NCBI GenBank assembly: GCA_965116905.1
Contig: OZ220732.1
Location: 2,528,001 to 2,592,000 of the forward strand
Length of the DNA: 64,000 bases
Direction: 5' to 3'
Origin: Longimicrobiales bacterium
GTDB taxonomy: Bacteria; Gemmatimonadota; Gemmatimonadetes; Longimicrobiales; Gaopeijiaceae
Part shown: positions 18,347 to 28,597 of the stretch, piece by piece
How the letters are laid out: each line of letters opens with the position of its first letter
Position numbering within the stretch: position 1 is the stretch's first letter
Made by a program: the position numbers and the translations under genes
Notes under the pieces: generated by a model
Told to the model about the DNA's origin: nothing
The model's input: only the letters and a program-made list of their open reading frames with translations
The model's database searches: none

Positions 18347-18406
18347 ACCACAACACCGCCACCTCCCTACCCTCAAACCGCCACACAATAGCCACAAAAA
18401 CGCCAC
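18347..18406 (+). promoter_or_regulatory. 11-bp-period RCCAC direct repeats, OmpR/PhoB-type site candidate
   Basis: ACCAC 18347, GCCAC 18358, degenerate ACCCT 18369, GCCAC 18380, 18391, 18402. Confidence 0.6.
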
Positions 18407-18540
18407 TATCTTTACAGGTTGCACCCCCCTGACCCCGATGGCAGGGCCGCGCTCAGAGTCCCGCCCTTGCCAACCGGACTCGGAATGGGCCATGGACGCC
18501 GCGTCCAGTTCGGTGACGCCCGAACCGCTGGGAGCCCGCC

Positions 18541-21168
18541 ATGTCTCCGAAGGTCGCGGTTTCTCTAGCCCGCCGGGTTGTCCGACTTTCGATCGCAACC
18601 GCGTCCGCCGTGGCTCTGGCCGCGGCACCCGCTGCCGCCCAGACGACCGGGACGATCCGCGGTGCGGTCACCGATGCGGGCGGCGCCTCCTTGCCCGGTG
18701 TCGTGGTGACGGCGATCGGTCCCGGCGTGGACGCGGAAACCGTCACGGACGAGGCCGGAGCCTACGAGTTCACCGGCGTGACGCCCGGCGACCACATCGT
18801 GACCGCCACCCTGTTCGGCTATGCGTCGCGGGAGCTTCGGGTCACGGTCCGCGCGGGCGCCATCGAGGTGGTCCCGATCGTTCTGCAGCTCGCCTTCCAG
18901 CTCGACCCGATCAGCGTGGTTGCGGAGGAGCCCGCGGTCTTCGCGCGGAACTTCGTCGCGGAGCCGATGATGAGGCAGCAGGCGAGCATCACGGCCGTCA
19001 CGTCGGTGATCGACAACCTTCCCGGCGTCTCGGTCCAGGAGGGAGACGCGTACGCCTTCGACGACTGGTCGAGCAACGTGGTCATGCGCGGGTTCCAGTC
19101 GACCATCAACGACGCGCAGATCGGCACCACCATCGACGGATTCCCGAACGGCACGTCCGACTACTGGAGCGGCGCGAAGGCCAACCGGTTCGTGGACCCG
19201 ATCAACCTCGGCGGCGTCGAGGTGTCGCAGGGGACCGCCGACATCGCCTCGCGGTCGGTGGAGGCGCTGGGCGGGACGCTCAAGTTCCTGACAGCTGATC
19301 CTGCGGAGGAGGCAAGCTGGACGGCCTCGGTCACGATCGGCGAGAACGACGGCCAGCGGTTCGCCGCGCGAGTCGAGACGGGATCGCTGTTCGGCGGCAC
19401 GACGCGGGCCTGGGCCGCCGCGATCCGGCAGGAGGCGACCGACTGGATGGAGGGCTCGGCCCGGAACGAGCGGGAGCACCTCGCCGCCAAGGTCGTGTCC
19501 TCGCTCGGCGCCGTCGACCTCACCGCCTACTTCTCCTACGACGACATCGTGGAGAACAACTACCAGCGGCTCTACAGCGAGGCCGACTTCCGGACCAATC
19601 CGCGCTGGGACCGGCTGATCGGTCGATGGCCCGGGGTGCCCTACCTGAACCAGTCGTACCGGCGTGGCTGGGGAACGCTGCGGACGAACACATTCGCCTA
19701 CGCGCGCGCCGACTGGTCCGTCAGCGAGCTGATCTCCCTGACCGCCGGCGCATACCACCACCGCAACCGGGGGCAGGGGGACTGGCTGCCCCCCTACATC
19801 GTCGACGTGGTGGACGACCGCGGCGGACCCGAGTCGGAGCTGGCGGGCCTGGCGCCGGTGCGCGGCGGGAGCCAGCTCGGGGTCATTCGCTTCGTGGACG
19901 GCAATGGCGCGGCCGTCGGTCCGGTGGCGGGATGCACGTCGTCCTTCATCTTCAACTACTACGGTTCGGGCGGCCCGGAGGTCGACCCGGCGTGCCACCC
20001 GGGGGCAACCGCGGTTCAGTCGTACCGCCACAGCCACTACGGGAAGGACCGGACGGGCGCGAGCATGGACGGGGAGTGGTCCACGGTGTTTGGCCCCGGA
20101 GGCGGCAGTGCGCTGCGCGCCGGCATCTGGTACGAGGACTCGCGGCGCCATCTGGGCCGGGACTGGCACCGCATTCTGGACCCGGTGGTCAGCCTCAGGG
20201 AGGATGAGCAGCCCTACTGGCACCAGTACGAGTGGGACTTTCCGCAGGACGTCTTCAGGTGGTTCGTGGAGGAGACGCTGCACTTCGGGTCGTTCAAGCT
20301 GACCGCCGGCGTCAAGCAATTCCTGGTCTCCGTGTCGCGCGAAGACGAGTTCGGCATCGACGGGCCCCTCGACGTCGATTCCGACTCGGACCTGCTGATC
20401 TCCGGCGGCGTCACCTGGGAGACGCCAGTGGACGGCCTCGACCTGTTCGTGGGTTACGCCGAGAACTTCCGCGCGATCGGCAGCACGTTGCTCGAGGTGC
20501 CGGGCCGCAGCCTGGACCGGCTGGAGCCCGAGACCGCGTCGAACATCGATGTCGGGGTGCAGTACGCGGGCGACCGGCTCGCCCTGAGCGCGACCCTGTA
20601 TTCCATCGACTTCGACAACCGGATCTTCTACCTGGGCCCGCTGACGCCCGCCGGCCCCAACTACCTGATCCCGGGCGGCGGCGCCTACTTCAACGCGGGC
20701 GGCATCGAGACCCGGGGCGCCGAGTTGGCCGCCACGGCTGCGATATCCGACCGAACATCGCTCTACACTGCCCTCACGCTGAACGACTCGAAGTACGTCG
20801 GGACCGGCGATCCGCTCCTCGATGCCAGCCAGGGCATCGTGCCCGGCACCGACGTGACCGGTGTGCCGCCGCGGCTGTGGGTCATCTCCGTCGACCGTAC
20901 CGGACCCTTGGGTGGGGGGGTGTCGGCCAAGTACACGGCAGCCCGCCGGGTCAGTCTGACCGCGGACTGGTACACCGATCCCTATTGGACGGCGGACGCC
21001 TATGTCACATTCAGGGGCGAGGCGCTGAGCGATCTTTTCCGATCGATGGAGTTCTCGATAGTGGCGAACAACGTGCTTGACAGATCCTTTCTGTCCGCGA
21101 TCACCGACAACGCCGCCTGGCTGGGCGCGTCCCGGACGGTATCGATGACCGTGACCGCTGCGTTTTGA
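18541..21168 (+). CDS. TonB-dependent receptor with N-terminal carboxypeptidase-regulatory-like domain
   Basis: Signal peptide, GTIRGAVTD domain, plug (NLPGV...MRGF...VEVSQG), ANNVLD, terminal F. Confidence 0.9.
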   Translation: MSPKVAVSLARRVVRLSIATASAVALAAAPAAAQTTGTIRGAVTDAGGASLPGVVVTAIGPGVDAETVTDEAGAYEFTGVTPGDHIVTATLFGYASRELRVTVRAGAIEVVPIVLQLAFQLDPISVVAEEPAVFARNFVAEPMMRQQASITAVTSVIDNLPGVSVQEGDAYAFDDWSSNVVMRGFQSTINDAQIGTTIDGFPNGTSDYWSGAKANRFVDPINLGGVEVSQGTADIASRSVEALGGTLKFLTADPAEEASWTASVTIGENDGQRFAARVETGSLFGGTTRAWAAAIRQEATDWMEGSARNEREHLAAKVVSSLGAVDLTAYFSYDDIVENNYQRLYSEADFRTNPRWDRLIGRWPGVPYLNQSYRRGWGTLRTNTFAYARADWSVSELISLTAGAYHHRNRGQGDWLPPYIVDVVDDRGGPESELAGLAPVRGGSQLGVIRFVDGNGAAVGPVAGCTSSFIFNYYGSGGPEVDPACHPGATAVQSYRHSHYGKDRTGASMDGEWSTVFGPGGGSALRAGIWYEDSRRHLGRDWHRILDPVVSLREDEQPYWHQYEWDFPQDVFRWFVEETLHFGSFKLTAGVKQFLVSVSREDEFGIDGPLDVDSDSDLLISGGVTWETPVDGLDLFVGYAENFRAIGSTLLEVPGRSLDRLEPETASNIDVGVQYAGDRLALSATLYSIDFDNRIFYLGPLTPAGPNYLIPGGGAYFNAGGIETRGAELAATAAISDRTSLYTALTLNDSKYVGTGDPLLDASQGIVPGTDVTGVPPRLWVISVDRTGPLGGGVSAKYTAARRVSLTADWYTDPYWTADAYVTFRGEALSDLFRSMEFSIVANNVLDRSFLSAITDNAAWLGASRTVSMTVTAAF

Positions 21169-21185
21169 AAGGCACGCCGGCCTCG

Positions 21186-23897
21186 ATGAACGCCCCGATG
21201 AAGGCCTCGATGAATGCCCCGATGAATACGATCCCTGTGGGTCCCGCCGCGATCCTGTTGCTCGGAACCGCCCTTTCGGCCGCGGCCCCGGCGCTGCAGG
21301 CCCAGGAGCCCCCCGACACTCTCGCCACCGCCGACACGGTCTCCACCGCGGACACCCTCTCCACCGCCGACACGATCCCCGTGGCGATGGAGCTGGCCGA
21401 GATCGTTGTCGTCGGCACGCGGCGCGGCGGCAGGACCGCGATCGAGTCCTACTCGCCGGTGCACGTCGTCAGCGGGGCCAACGTGCGGGCCCAGGGAGGG
21501 GCCGACCTCCTCGACCTGCTGCGCACGGTCGTCCCGACCTTCAACGTCAACGCCCAGCCCATCGCGGACGGAGCGACCATCGTGCGGCCTCCCAACGTGC
21601 GCAATCTGGCGGCGGACCACACGCTCGTGCTCGTCAACGGCAAGCGCCGCCACCGCGGGGCGGTCATCGCCTGGCTGGTGCCCAAGGCTTCCGAAGGTGC
21701 GCAAGGACCCGACCTGTCCACGATTCCGTCGATCGCGCTGCAGCGGGTAGAGGTTCTGCGGGATGGGGCGGCGGCCCAATACGGGTCGGACGCGATCGCC
21801 GGGGTCATGAACTTCGTTCTGAAGGACGACCGCGACGGGTATCATGCGGAGGCCGGATACGGACTGACCACGGAGGGCGACGGCGGACAGGCCCATGTTG
21901 CGGTCAACGCCGGCCTGCCGCTCCTGGACGACGGATTCCTCAACCTGAGCGCCGAGTTCGGCGAAGCGGGCGAGACCGTGCGCAGCGTCCAGAGGGACGA
22001 CGCGGCGGCGCTGGAAGCCGCGGGCAACACGCACGTCCCCAACCCGGCCCAGATCTGGGGCAGCCCCAACATCAGCGGCGACCTCAAGACCTTCGTCAAC
22101 CTCGGCATTCCGCTTGGGGACGACGTCCGTCTCTACGCCTTCGGGAACTATGCCAGGAAGGAGACCGACGGCGGCTTCTACTACCGCAATCCCGACAGCC
22201 GCGAGGGCGTGTACACCCGGGGCGCTCATCGATTGGTGGGTGACCTGACCGGCGACGGCAGCGGCGGCTGTCCCACGATGCTCGACCCCCACGGCGACTA
22301 CTATCGGAACGGCACCTTTCTGGCCAGCGCCTTCAACCAGGACCACCCCAACTGCTTCGTCATGAACCGGTTCTTTCCCGGCGGCTTCACGCCGCGCTTC
22401 GGCGGACACACCCGGGACCATTCCGCCGTGGCGGGGGTCCGCGGCGAATCCGACTCCGGACTCACGTGGGACTTGAGCGGCTCGACGGGGACGAGCGATA
22501 TCGACTTCTTCATCCGCAACACCGTCAACGCGGCGCTGGGGCCGGCCAACCCCGCCGACTTCGAATTCGATCCCGGCGCCTACCGCCAGGACGAGGTCAA
22601 CCTCAGCGCCGATCTCTCCTATCCGGTGGCGGTTTCCGTGCTCGCGGCCGACCTCGACGTTGGCTTCGGCGCCGAGTGGCGGCGGGAGGTGTTCCGGATT
22701 CGTAGCGGAGAGCCCGACTCGTGGGCGCGCACCTTCGAGTGGAACGGAAGGACGGTGGATCTGCAGAGCCAGGGCTTCACGGCAGGCACGAACGGGTTCC
22801 CCGGCTTCAGCGAGGACACCGGGGGACGGTGGGCGCGAAGCAGTGCCGCCGCGTACCTGGAGGCCGAAACGGCAATCCGGGACCGCTGGACCGTGGGGGC
22901 GGCCGTGCGCTTCGAGCACTACGACGACTTCGGAGCCACTACGAACGGGAAACTCTCCAGCCGTGCGGAACTCACCCCGGATCTGGCGCTCCGCGGAACC
23001 TTGAGCACCGGCTTCCGCGCGCCGACCCCCGGGCAGGCCAACGCGATCAACGCAACGTCGAAGAACGCCGGCTCGGGCGAAGAGCGGCAGGTGTCGATCG
23101 TCGCGACGATCGCGCCCTCCAGCCCCGTCGGCATGGCGCTCGGGGGCAGTTCCCTCAAGCCGGAGCGGTCGCGCAACGCCTCGCTCGGATTCGTCTGGAA
23201 TCGGGCACCGGCGGCGGCCACCCTCGACTGCTTCACCATCCGCGTCGAGGACCGGCTGGCCCTGTCGAGGGACATCGAATTCAACCGGCCCGACCTCGGC
23301 CCCGACCGGGTCCGCGACGATCTGATCGAGACGCTTCAGTCCGAGGGCCTGACTTCGGCCCGCAGCTGGAACTACATCAACTACTTCAACAACGACTTCA
23401 CCACTTCGACACGGGGCTGCGAGCTGGTGGGCAGCTACGTCTTCGAGGTCGGGCGCGGTGTCGCCGTCCTCGACGCCGCTCTCAGCCGCACCGTGACGAC
23501 CGTGGAGGAATTCACGCCCGGCGGACCCCTGGCGGACACGAAGGAGATCAAGGACTACGAATTCGGTTTGCCCCGCGACCGCGCCATTGTCTCGGTCCGT
23601 CACAGCGCGGGCCCTCTGCAAGCGGTGGTGCGCTTCAACTACTTTGGCGGCTGGTACGATTCCGAGGAGGATTTCGACTTCGGCGGCTACGGGATGGCCG
23701 ACCTGTCGGTGAGCTACCGGCTTCGCGGCGGCATCCGGTTGACCCTCGGCGCGGACAACGTCCTCGATGCCCACCCGGAGCTGAATCCGAACCGCTTTAC
23801 GGGCCTCGGCAACAAGTACAGCCAGTACGCGCCTGCCGGGTTCAACGGCCGGTTCATGTGGCTGCGGATCAGTTTGGAGCGGCTCGGGGATGGCTGA
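21186..23897 (+). CDS. TonB-dependent receptor
   Basis: TonB box EIVVVGTR, LVLVNGKRRH, RVEVLRDGAAAQYGSDAIAGVMN, GADNVLD. Start ambiguous among repeat-generated ATGs (21186/21198/21210/21222). Confidence 0.92.
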   Translation: MNAPMKASMNAPMNTIPVGPAAILLLGTALSAAAPALQAQEPPDTLATADTVSTADTLSTADTIPVAMELAEIVVVGTRRGGRTAIESYSPVHVVSGANVRAQGGADLLDLLRTVVPTFNVNAQPIADGATIVRPPNVRNLAADHTLVLVNGKRRHRGAVIAWLVPKASEGAQGPDLSTIPSIALQRVEVLRDGAAAQYGSDAIAGVMNFVLKDDRDGYHAEAGYGLTTEGDGGQAHVAVNAGLPLLDDGFLNLSAEFGEAGETVRSVQRDDAAALEAAGNTHVPNPAQIWGSPNISGDLKTFVNLGIPLGDDVRLYAFGNYARKETDGGFYYRNPDSREGVYTRGAHRLVGDLTGDGSGGCPTMLDPHGDYYRNGTFLASAFNQDHPNCFVMNRFFPGGFTPRFGGHTRDHSAVAGVRGESDSGLTWDLSGSTGTSDIDFFIRNTVNAALGPANPADFEFDPGAYRQDEVNLSADLSYPVAVSVLAADLDVGFGAEWRREVFRIRSGEPDSWARTFEWNGRTVDLQSQGFTAGTNGFPGFSEDTGGRWARSSAAAYLEAETAIRDRWTVGAAVRFEHYDDFGATTNGKLSSRAELTPDLALRGTLSTGFRAPTPGQANAINATSKNAGSGEERQVSIVATIAPSSPVGMALGGSSLKPERSRNASLGFVWNRAPAAATLDCFTIRVEDRLALSRDIEFNRPDLGPDRVRDDLIETLQSEGLTSARSWNYINYFNNDFTTSTRGCELVGSYVFEVGRGVAVLDAALSRTVTTVEEFTPGGPLADTKEIKDYEFGLPRDRAIVSVRHSAGPLQAVVRFNYFGGWYDSEEDFDFGGYGMADLSVSYRLRGGIRLTLGADNVLDAHPELNPNRFTGLGNKYSQYAPAGFNGRFMWLRISLERLGDG

Positions 23898-23947
23898 CCC
23901 GCCGGCCCGCTGACCCGCCGGCCCACCGACACACACCGGAGAACCTC

Positions 23948-26296
23948 TTGACCGCCACCGACGACGCAGCGCAGAAGATCGCCAGGCTGCGGGAGCGCAT
24001 GGCCCGGCTGAGTTCGGCGAGTCTGCGCATCAGCGAGAGCCTGGACCTGGAATCGGTCCTGCGCGAGGTGGTCGACAGCGCCCGCGTGCTGACCGGCGCC
24101 GCGAACGCGGCAATCACGACCGTGGATCGGGTCGAACGGGTCAGCGATTTCATCTCGTCCGGCCTGACGGCGGAGGAGCGCCGGCAACTCCGGAACCTGC
24201 CCCAGGGAGAGCGCCTCTGGGGGTACCTGCTCCAGAGTACGCGGCCGTTGCGGGTCGACGACCTGGCGTCCCATCTCGACGGGCTCGGCATCGCCACCGC
24301 GCCGATTCTGCGCCGGAGCTTTCTGGGAGCGCCCATTCGTCACCGGGGCGTGAACGTCGGCCACTTCTATCTGACCAACAAGGAGGGCGACCAGGGATTC
24401 ACCGAAGAGGACGAAGAAACCCTCGTGCTGTTCGCATCGCAGGCGGCGACGGCCATCGCCAACGCCCAGGCGTATCGCGACGAGCGGAGGGCCCGCGCCG
24501 ACCTGGAGGCCCTGGTCGACACCTCGCCCGTCGGCGTTGCCGTGTTCGACGCGAAGACCGGCGATCTCGTGCGGTTCAATCGCGAGGGGCGGCGGATGGT
24601 GGCGGGCCTGGACCCGTCGGGCCGCTCGCCTCAGGAGGTGGTGCAGACGATGACGGTCCGGCTCCCCGACGGCGAGGAGTTGTCGTTCGCGGAGCTGCCG
24701 CTTACCCGGGCTCTGGGTGCCGCGACGACCGTGCGCGCCGAAGAGTACGTGCTCTCGGTGCCGGGCGGCCGGAGCATAAGGACCCTGGTGAACGCCACGC
24801 CCATCCGTGCCCGGGACGGCGCGGTCGTTTCCCTGGTGGTCACCTTTCAGGACCTGGAGCCGCTGGAAGAACTCGAACGGCAGCGGACCGAGTTCCTGAG
24901 CATGGTGAGCCACGAGCTGCGGGCTCCGCTGACCTCGATCAAGGGCTCGACCGCGACCCTGCTCTCGCCGGCGAGGGAGCTGGATCCCGCGGAGGAGCGC
25001 GAGTTCTACCGCATCATCGACGAGCAGGCCGACCACATGCAGCGCCTCATCAGCGACCTCCTCGATGCGGGGCGCATCGACTCGGGCACCCTGTCGGTCG
25101 CACCCGAGCCCTCAGCGGTGGCCGCGCTGGTGGACCGGGCGAGGAACACCTTTCTGAGCGGGGGCGGGCGACACACCATCCACATCGACCTGCCGCCCGA
25201 CCTGCCCCCGGTCATGGCGGATCAACGACGCATCGTGCAGGTCCTAAACAACCTGTTTGCGAACGCCGCCCGGTACTCGCCGGAGTCGTCCCCCATCCTG
25301 GTCGAGGCGGTTCGCGACGGCGTCCACGTCGCGGTCTCGGTCACCGATCAGGGCCGCGGCATACCGCCCGAGCGGCTGCCTCACCTGTTCAGCAAGCACG
25401 CCGGCGCCGACGGAACGCCCGGAGGCGTGCGCTACGGCCTCGGGCTCGCCATCTGCAAGGGACTGGTGGAGGCCCACGGGGGGCGCATCCGGGCCGAGAG
25501 CGGCGGGCCGGGGCAGGGCGCACGCGTCACGTTCACCGTACCGGTAGCCCGGGGGGCCGCGCCGGTCTCCGCAGCCAGCCCGCGCTCGCCAACGGAAGAC
25601 GATCGAAATCGCACGCGGGTCCTCGTGGTCGACGACGATCCCCACACGCTCCGGTTCGTGCGCGACGCCCTGCGGACTGCGGGCTACGCCCCGCTCGTGA
25701 CCGGCGACTCACAGGAACTGGCGGCTCTGATCCGCACCGAGAAGCCCGCGCTCGTGCTGCTCGACCTGGTGCTCCCGGGCACAGACGGGATCGAACTGAT
25801 GCAGCAGGTTCCCGAACTGACCGATCTGCCGGTCATCTTCATCTCCGCCTACCGCCGGGACGAAACCATCGCCCGGGCTCTCGAACTGGGCGCCGCCGAC
25901 TACATCGTCAAGCCGTTTTCGCCCACCGAGCTCGTGGCGAGGGTGCGGGCGGCGCTGAGCCGGCGGGTCGAGACCGAGCCCTTCGCGGCGGGCGACCTCC
26001 GTATCCGCTACGACCGGCGCGAGGTGACCGTGGCCGGGCGTCCGGTCGCGCTGACCGCCACCGAGTACGAACTCCTGCGCGTGCTTGCGGTCAACGCGGG
26101 GCGTGTGGTGACGCACGAAGTCCTGCTGCGCCGGGTCTGGGGCGTGCGCGGCGGGCGCGGAGGTCGCAAATCGGAGGCCGTGCGCACCTGCGTGAAGAAG
26201 CTCCGCCGGAAACTCGGCGGCAGCGGGTCCGATCCCGCGTACATCTTCAACGAGCGCGGGGTGGGCTACCGGCTGGCCGGGGCGGATGACGGGTAG
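23948..26296 (+). CDS. Soluble hybrid kinase GAF-PAS-HisKA-HATPase-REC-OmpR wHTH
   Basis: SHELRAPL, NNLFANA, DQGRG, GLGLAICK, REC VVDDD/LLDL/KPF, wHTH LTATEYELL...ERGVGY. TTG 23948 after GGAG; the ORF-track 5' extension overlaps the receptor gene. Confidence 0.9.
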   Translation: MTATDDAAQKIARLRERMARLSSASLRISESLDLESVLREVVDSARVLTGAANAAITTVDRVERVSDFISSGLTAEERRQLRNLPQGERLWGYLLQSTRPLRVDDLASHLDGLGIATAPILRRSFLGAPIRHRGVNVGHFYLTNKEGDQGFTEEDEETLVLFASQAATAIANAQAYRDERRARADLEALVDTSPVGVAVFDAKTGDLVRFNREGRRMVAGLDPSGRSPQEVVQTMTVRLPDGEELSFAELPLTRALGAATTVRAEEYVLSVPGGRSIRTLVNATPIRARDGAVVSLVVTFQDLEPLEELERQRTEFLSMVSHELRAPLTSIKGSTATLLSPARELDPAEEREFYRIIDEQADHMQRLISDLLDAGRIDSGTLSVAPEPSAVAALVDRARNTFLSGGGRHTIHIDLPPDLPPVMADQRRIVQVLNNLFANAARYSPESSPILVEAVRDGVHVAVSVTDQGRGIPPERLPHLFSKHAGADGTPGGVRYGLGLAICKGLVEAHGGRIRAESGGPGQGARVTFTVPVARGAAPVSAASPRSPTEDDRNRTRVLVVDDDPHTLRFVRDALRTAGYAPLVTGDSQELAALIRTEKPALVLLDLVLPGTDGIELMQQVPELTDLPVIFISAYRRDETIARALELGAADYIVKPFSPTELVARVRAALSRRVETEPFAAGDLRIRYDRREVTVAGRPVALTATEYELLRVLAVNAGRVVTHEVLLRRVWGVRGGRGGRKSEAVRTCVKKLRRKLGGSGSDPAYIFNERGVGYRLAGADDG

Positions 26297-26369
26297 GGCT
26301 TTCCGCCGTGGTGGGCGCCGGAGTGGCCAGCGCTGTCACTCCCGAACCGAGTCGTGGCTCAACACTCGA

Positions 26370-27557
26370 TCACTCTGCCGCAGGGTGCCAATCAGGCATC
26401 GCGCGGAACAAATACTGATCGAACATGGGGACTGTGAAGGCCGTGTCGCCATGAGAAGGGCTCCAGATCATGCCCTTTCGGATTAAACCGGTCCGAAGGG
26501 GTCCGGCCGAGGTGACCGCGACCCCCAGCTTGCCAGCCACTGCCCCTGAGCGGTGTGGGCCAGGGCCGAGTTCCGCCATCGCCCTCAGGTAGTCCTGCTC
26601 TCTCGGTGTGAGGCGATCGAAACGGACGCGGAAGAAGCTCGCGTCGAGGGCTTTGATGGCTCGGCTGCTGGCCGAGAGCACGTCCTGCAGGGTCACGGGT
26701 GAGCTCGCTGCGACATCCCAGGAGTGCGCCCCCCATTCCTGGAGGAAATACGGATAACCCTCGGTTTGCTCGGCGATCTCCGCGAGAGCGTCATCGGTGA
26801 TTCCCGCCCCGGCATCCTCGATCGGAACTCGAACGGCATCCTGTATCGCGTTCTTGTCCAGCGGGCCGACACCGGGGAAACCGAAGAGCCGTTCTGAATA
26901 GCTCTTGGCCTCTCCCGACAACGCGGCGAGCTGGGGCAATCCCGCTCCGAACATGAGCAAGGGCAGCGCCTTCTGGCTTATTCGGTGCAGTGCGACAATG
27001 AGCGCGCGCAGGTCTTCATCGTTCAGGTATTGTACCTCATCGATCAGGAGGGTTGCGGGCTGGCCTGCGGCTTGGGCGGCTTCTCCGATGGCGACCAGGA
27101 GGTCCGTGAGATCGGTTTCCAGGTCTCCGGAAGCAGCCAGGCCAGGCTCTGGCGTCACCCCCACTTCGAGATCCGCGTAGGACACCTTGAAGGCGCTGGC
27201 GAAGTTGCGAAGAGCACCGAGTGCATGGTTCCCGACGACCCGGGCTTTCTCTCTCCCGCTGATTCGATACAGGATTCTGCGGAGCTTGGGAACGAGCAGT
27301 CCAGCGAGGCGGCGTTCCTCGGGCGCCTCAATGACCGCGGTCAGGTATCCCAGTGATTCAGCGAGTTCACCGATCCGGGTCAAAAGGACGGTCTTCCCCA
27401 CGCCCCGTAGGCCGAGAAGCATCATGCTCTTCGCGTGACGTCCGGCCCGAATGCGCTGCAGGGCAATGCTTACCGTTTCGAGCAGACCGTCACGACCCGC
27501 CAGGGCCGGAGGCCGCGATCCCGCGCCTGGTGCGAACGGATTGGCAACAGGATCCAT
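26370..27557 (-). CDS. AAA_16-like P-loop ATPase with probable C-terminal winged helix
   Basis: NPFAPGAG..PP.LAGR, GLRGVGKT, LLIDEVQ, GYPYFLQ. Confidence 0.88.
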   Translation of the reverse strand: MDPVANPFAPGAGSRPPALAGRDGLLETVSIALQRIRAGRHAKSMMLLGLRGVGKTVLLTRIGELAESLGYLTAVIEAPEERRLAGLLVPKLRRILYRISGREKARVVGNHALGALRNFASAFKVSYADLEVGVTPEPGLAASGDLETDLTDLLVAIGEAAQAAGQPATLLIDEVQYLNDEDLRALIVALHRISQKALPLLMFGAGLPQLAALSGEAKSYSERLFGFPGVGPLDKNAIQDAVRVPIEDAGAGITDDALAEIAEQTEGYPYFLQEWGAHSWDVAASSPVTLQDVLSASSRAIKALDASFFRVRFDRLTPREQDYLRAMAELGPGPHRSGAVAGKLGVAVTSAGPLRTGLIRKGMIWSPSHGDTAFTVPMFDQYLFRAMPDWHPAAE

Positions 27558-27686
27558 CGATTCCTTTCGATTTAGAGGAAGTTAGGGGTATTTATACCCA
27601 CTTTAGGGCATAACCCTATCTAACTATCCCTAATTCTGTCAATGTAGTCTCGTCGTTCCCTGCAATTCGGAATCGCTCCGATCCGT

Positions 27687-28409
27687 CTAACCCCTCCCGC
27701 CCACCAACTCCCCCACGCCTCCCAACACCGCCCTCACCGGGTACCTGGTGAACACCTCCTCCTCCGTCGTCCCCGACAACACCGCCACGAAAGCCACGCC
27801 CAGGGCCTGGGCCGCCATGGCATCCACCGCCGAATCGCCGACGTAGATGCAGTTGCTGATGGGGATGCCCAGCAAGTCGGCCGCGCGCATCAGTCCATCG
27901 GGGGCAGGTTTGGGCCGGGGCACATCGTCCGCTCCGACGACGACGTCGACAAGTGCGTGGAGGCCGTCCCGCTGAAGGGCGTCCACGACGCGGCGCCGGT
28001 ACTTGGTGGTCACGATCCCGACCTTGTAGCCGTCATTGCGGAGCGTCCGGAGCACCCGAGCCGCGCCCGGCAGGAAGGTCGTGCTGGCCACCATCACCTC
28101 GTCCGCCTTCCTGACGAAGTGCTCGAGGAACTCGTCCTCCCGCGGCCGCCACTCCTCGCCGGCCAGAATCCCGAGCGCCTCACGCGGATCGAGCCCGATG
28201 GTCCTGCGGATGGCGTCCTCCGGGGCCCGAGCCAGCCCGAGGCGGCCCAGCGCGTGATTCATGCAGACCACGATGCCCTCGGAGGAATCCGCTAGGGTGT
28301 AGTCGAAGTCGAAGAGGACGGCGCCGGCGGGGGCGATGGCAGGGTGAATGCGGGGGCTCGCGGGCACTCGCGGGTCGGGCTGTTGGGACTCGGTCACCAC
28401 GGCGCCCAT
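27687..28409 (-). CDS. HAD-family hydrolase (phosphoglycolate phosphatase-like)
   Basis: FDFDYTL, IVTTK, KPAP, YVGDSAVD; GGAGG RBS before ATG 28409. Confidence 0.92.
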   Translation of the reverse strand: MGAVVTESQQPDPRVPASPRIHPAIAPAGAVLFDFDYTLADSSEGIVVCMNHALGRLGLARAPEDAIRRTIGLDPREALGILAGEEWRPREDEFLEHFVRKADEVMVASTTFLPGAARVLRTLRNDGYKVGIVTTKYRRRVVDALQRDGLHALVDVVVGADDVPRPKPAPDGLMRAADLLGIPISNCIYVGDSAVDAMAAQALGVAFVAVLSGTTEEEVFTRYPVRAVLGGVGELVGGRG

Positions 28410-28597
28410 CGTCGTCGCCTCCTCCAATTGTCATGTGGAAAAACCCTTCGAACGTAACATCGCGGGTTCCAGGTTCGGTCGTGGATTCCTGTACCTGCGG
28501 CCCCAACGTGGCACTCGTCGACACTCCGCCACGTTAACACCACGAATTGATCGTAAGTCGCCACATTTTAGCCACATAGCATGCGTCATCTTTCCGT

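Noticed and set aside
18294..18540. Cobalamin or other riboswitch before the TonB receptors
   Set aside because: No B12-box or other recognisable aptamer core; only the phased RCCAC repeats.
21000..23936. 978-aa minus-strand ORF (and similar ones at 18565-20319, 52502-54406, 58533-60515)
   Set aside because: Antisense to well-supported genes; no recognisable domains.
22721..23947. Long N-terminal extension of the hybrid kinase
   Set aside because: Arg-rich off-frame read-through of the TonB receptor; RBS and TTG at 23948 fit better.
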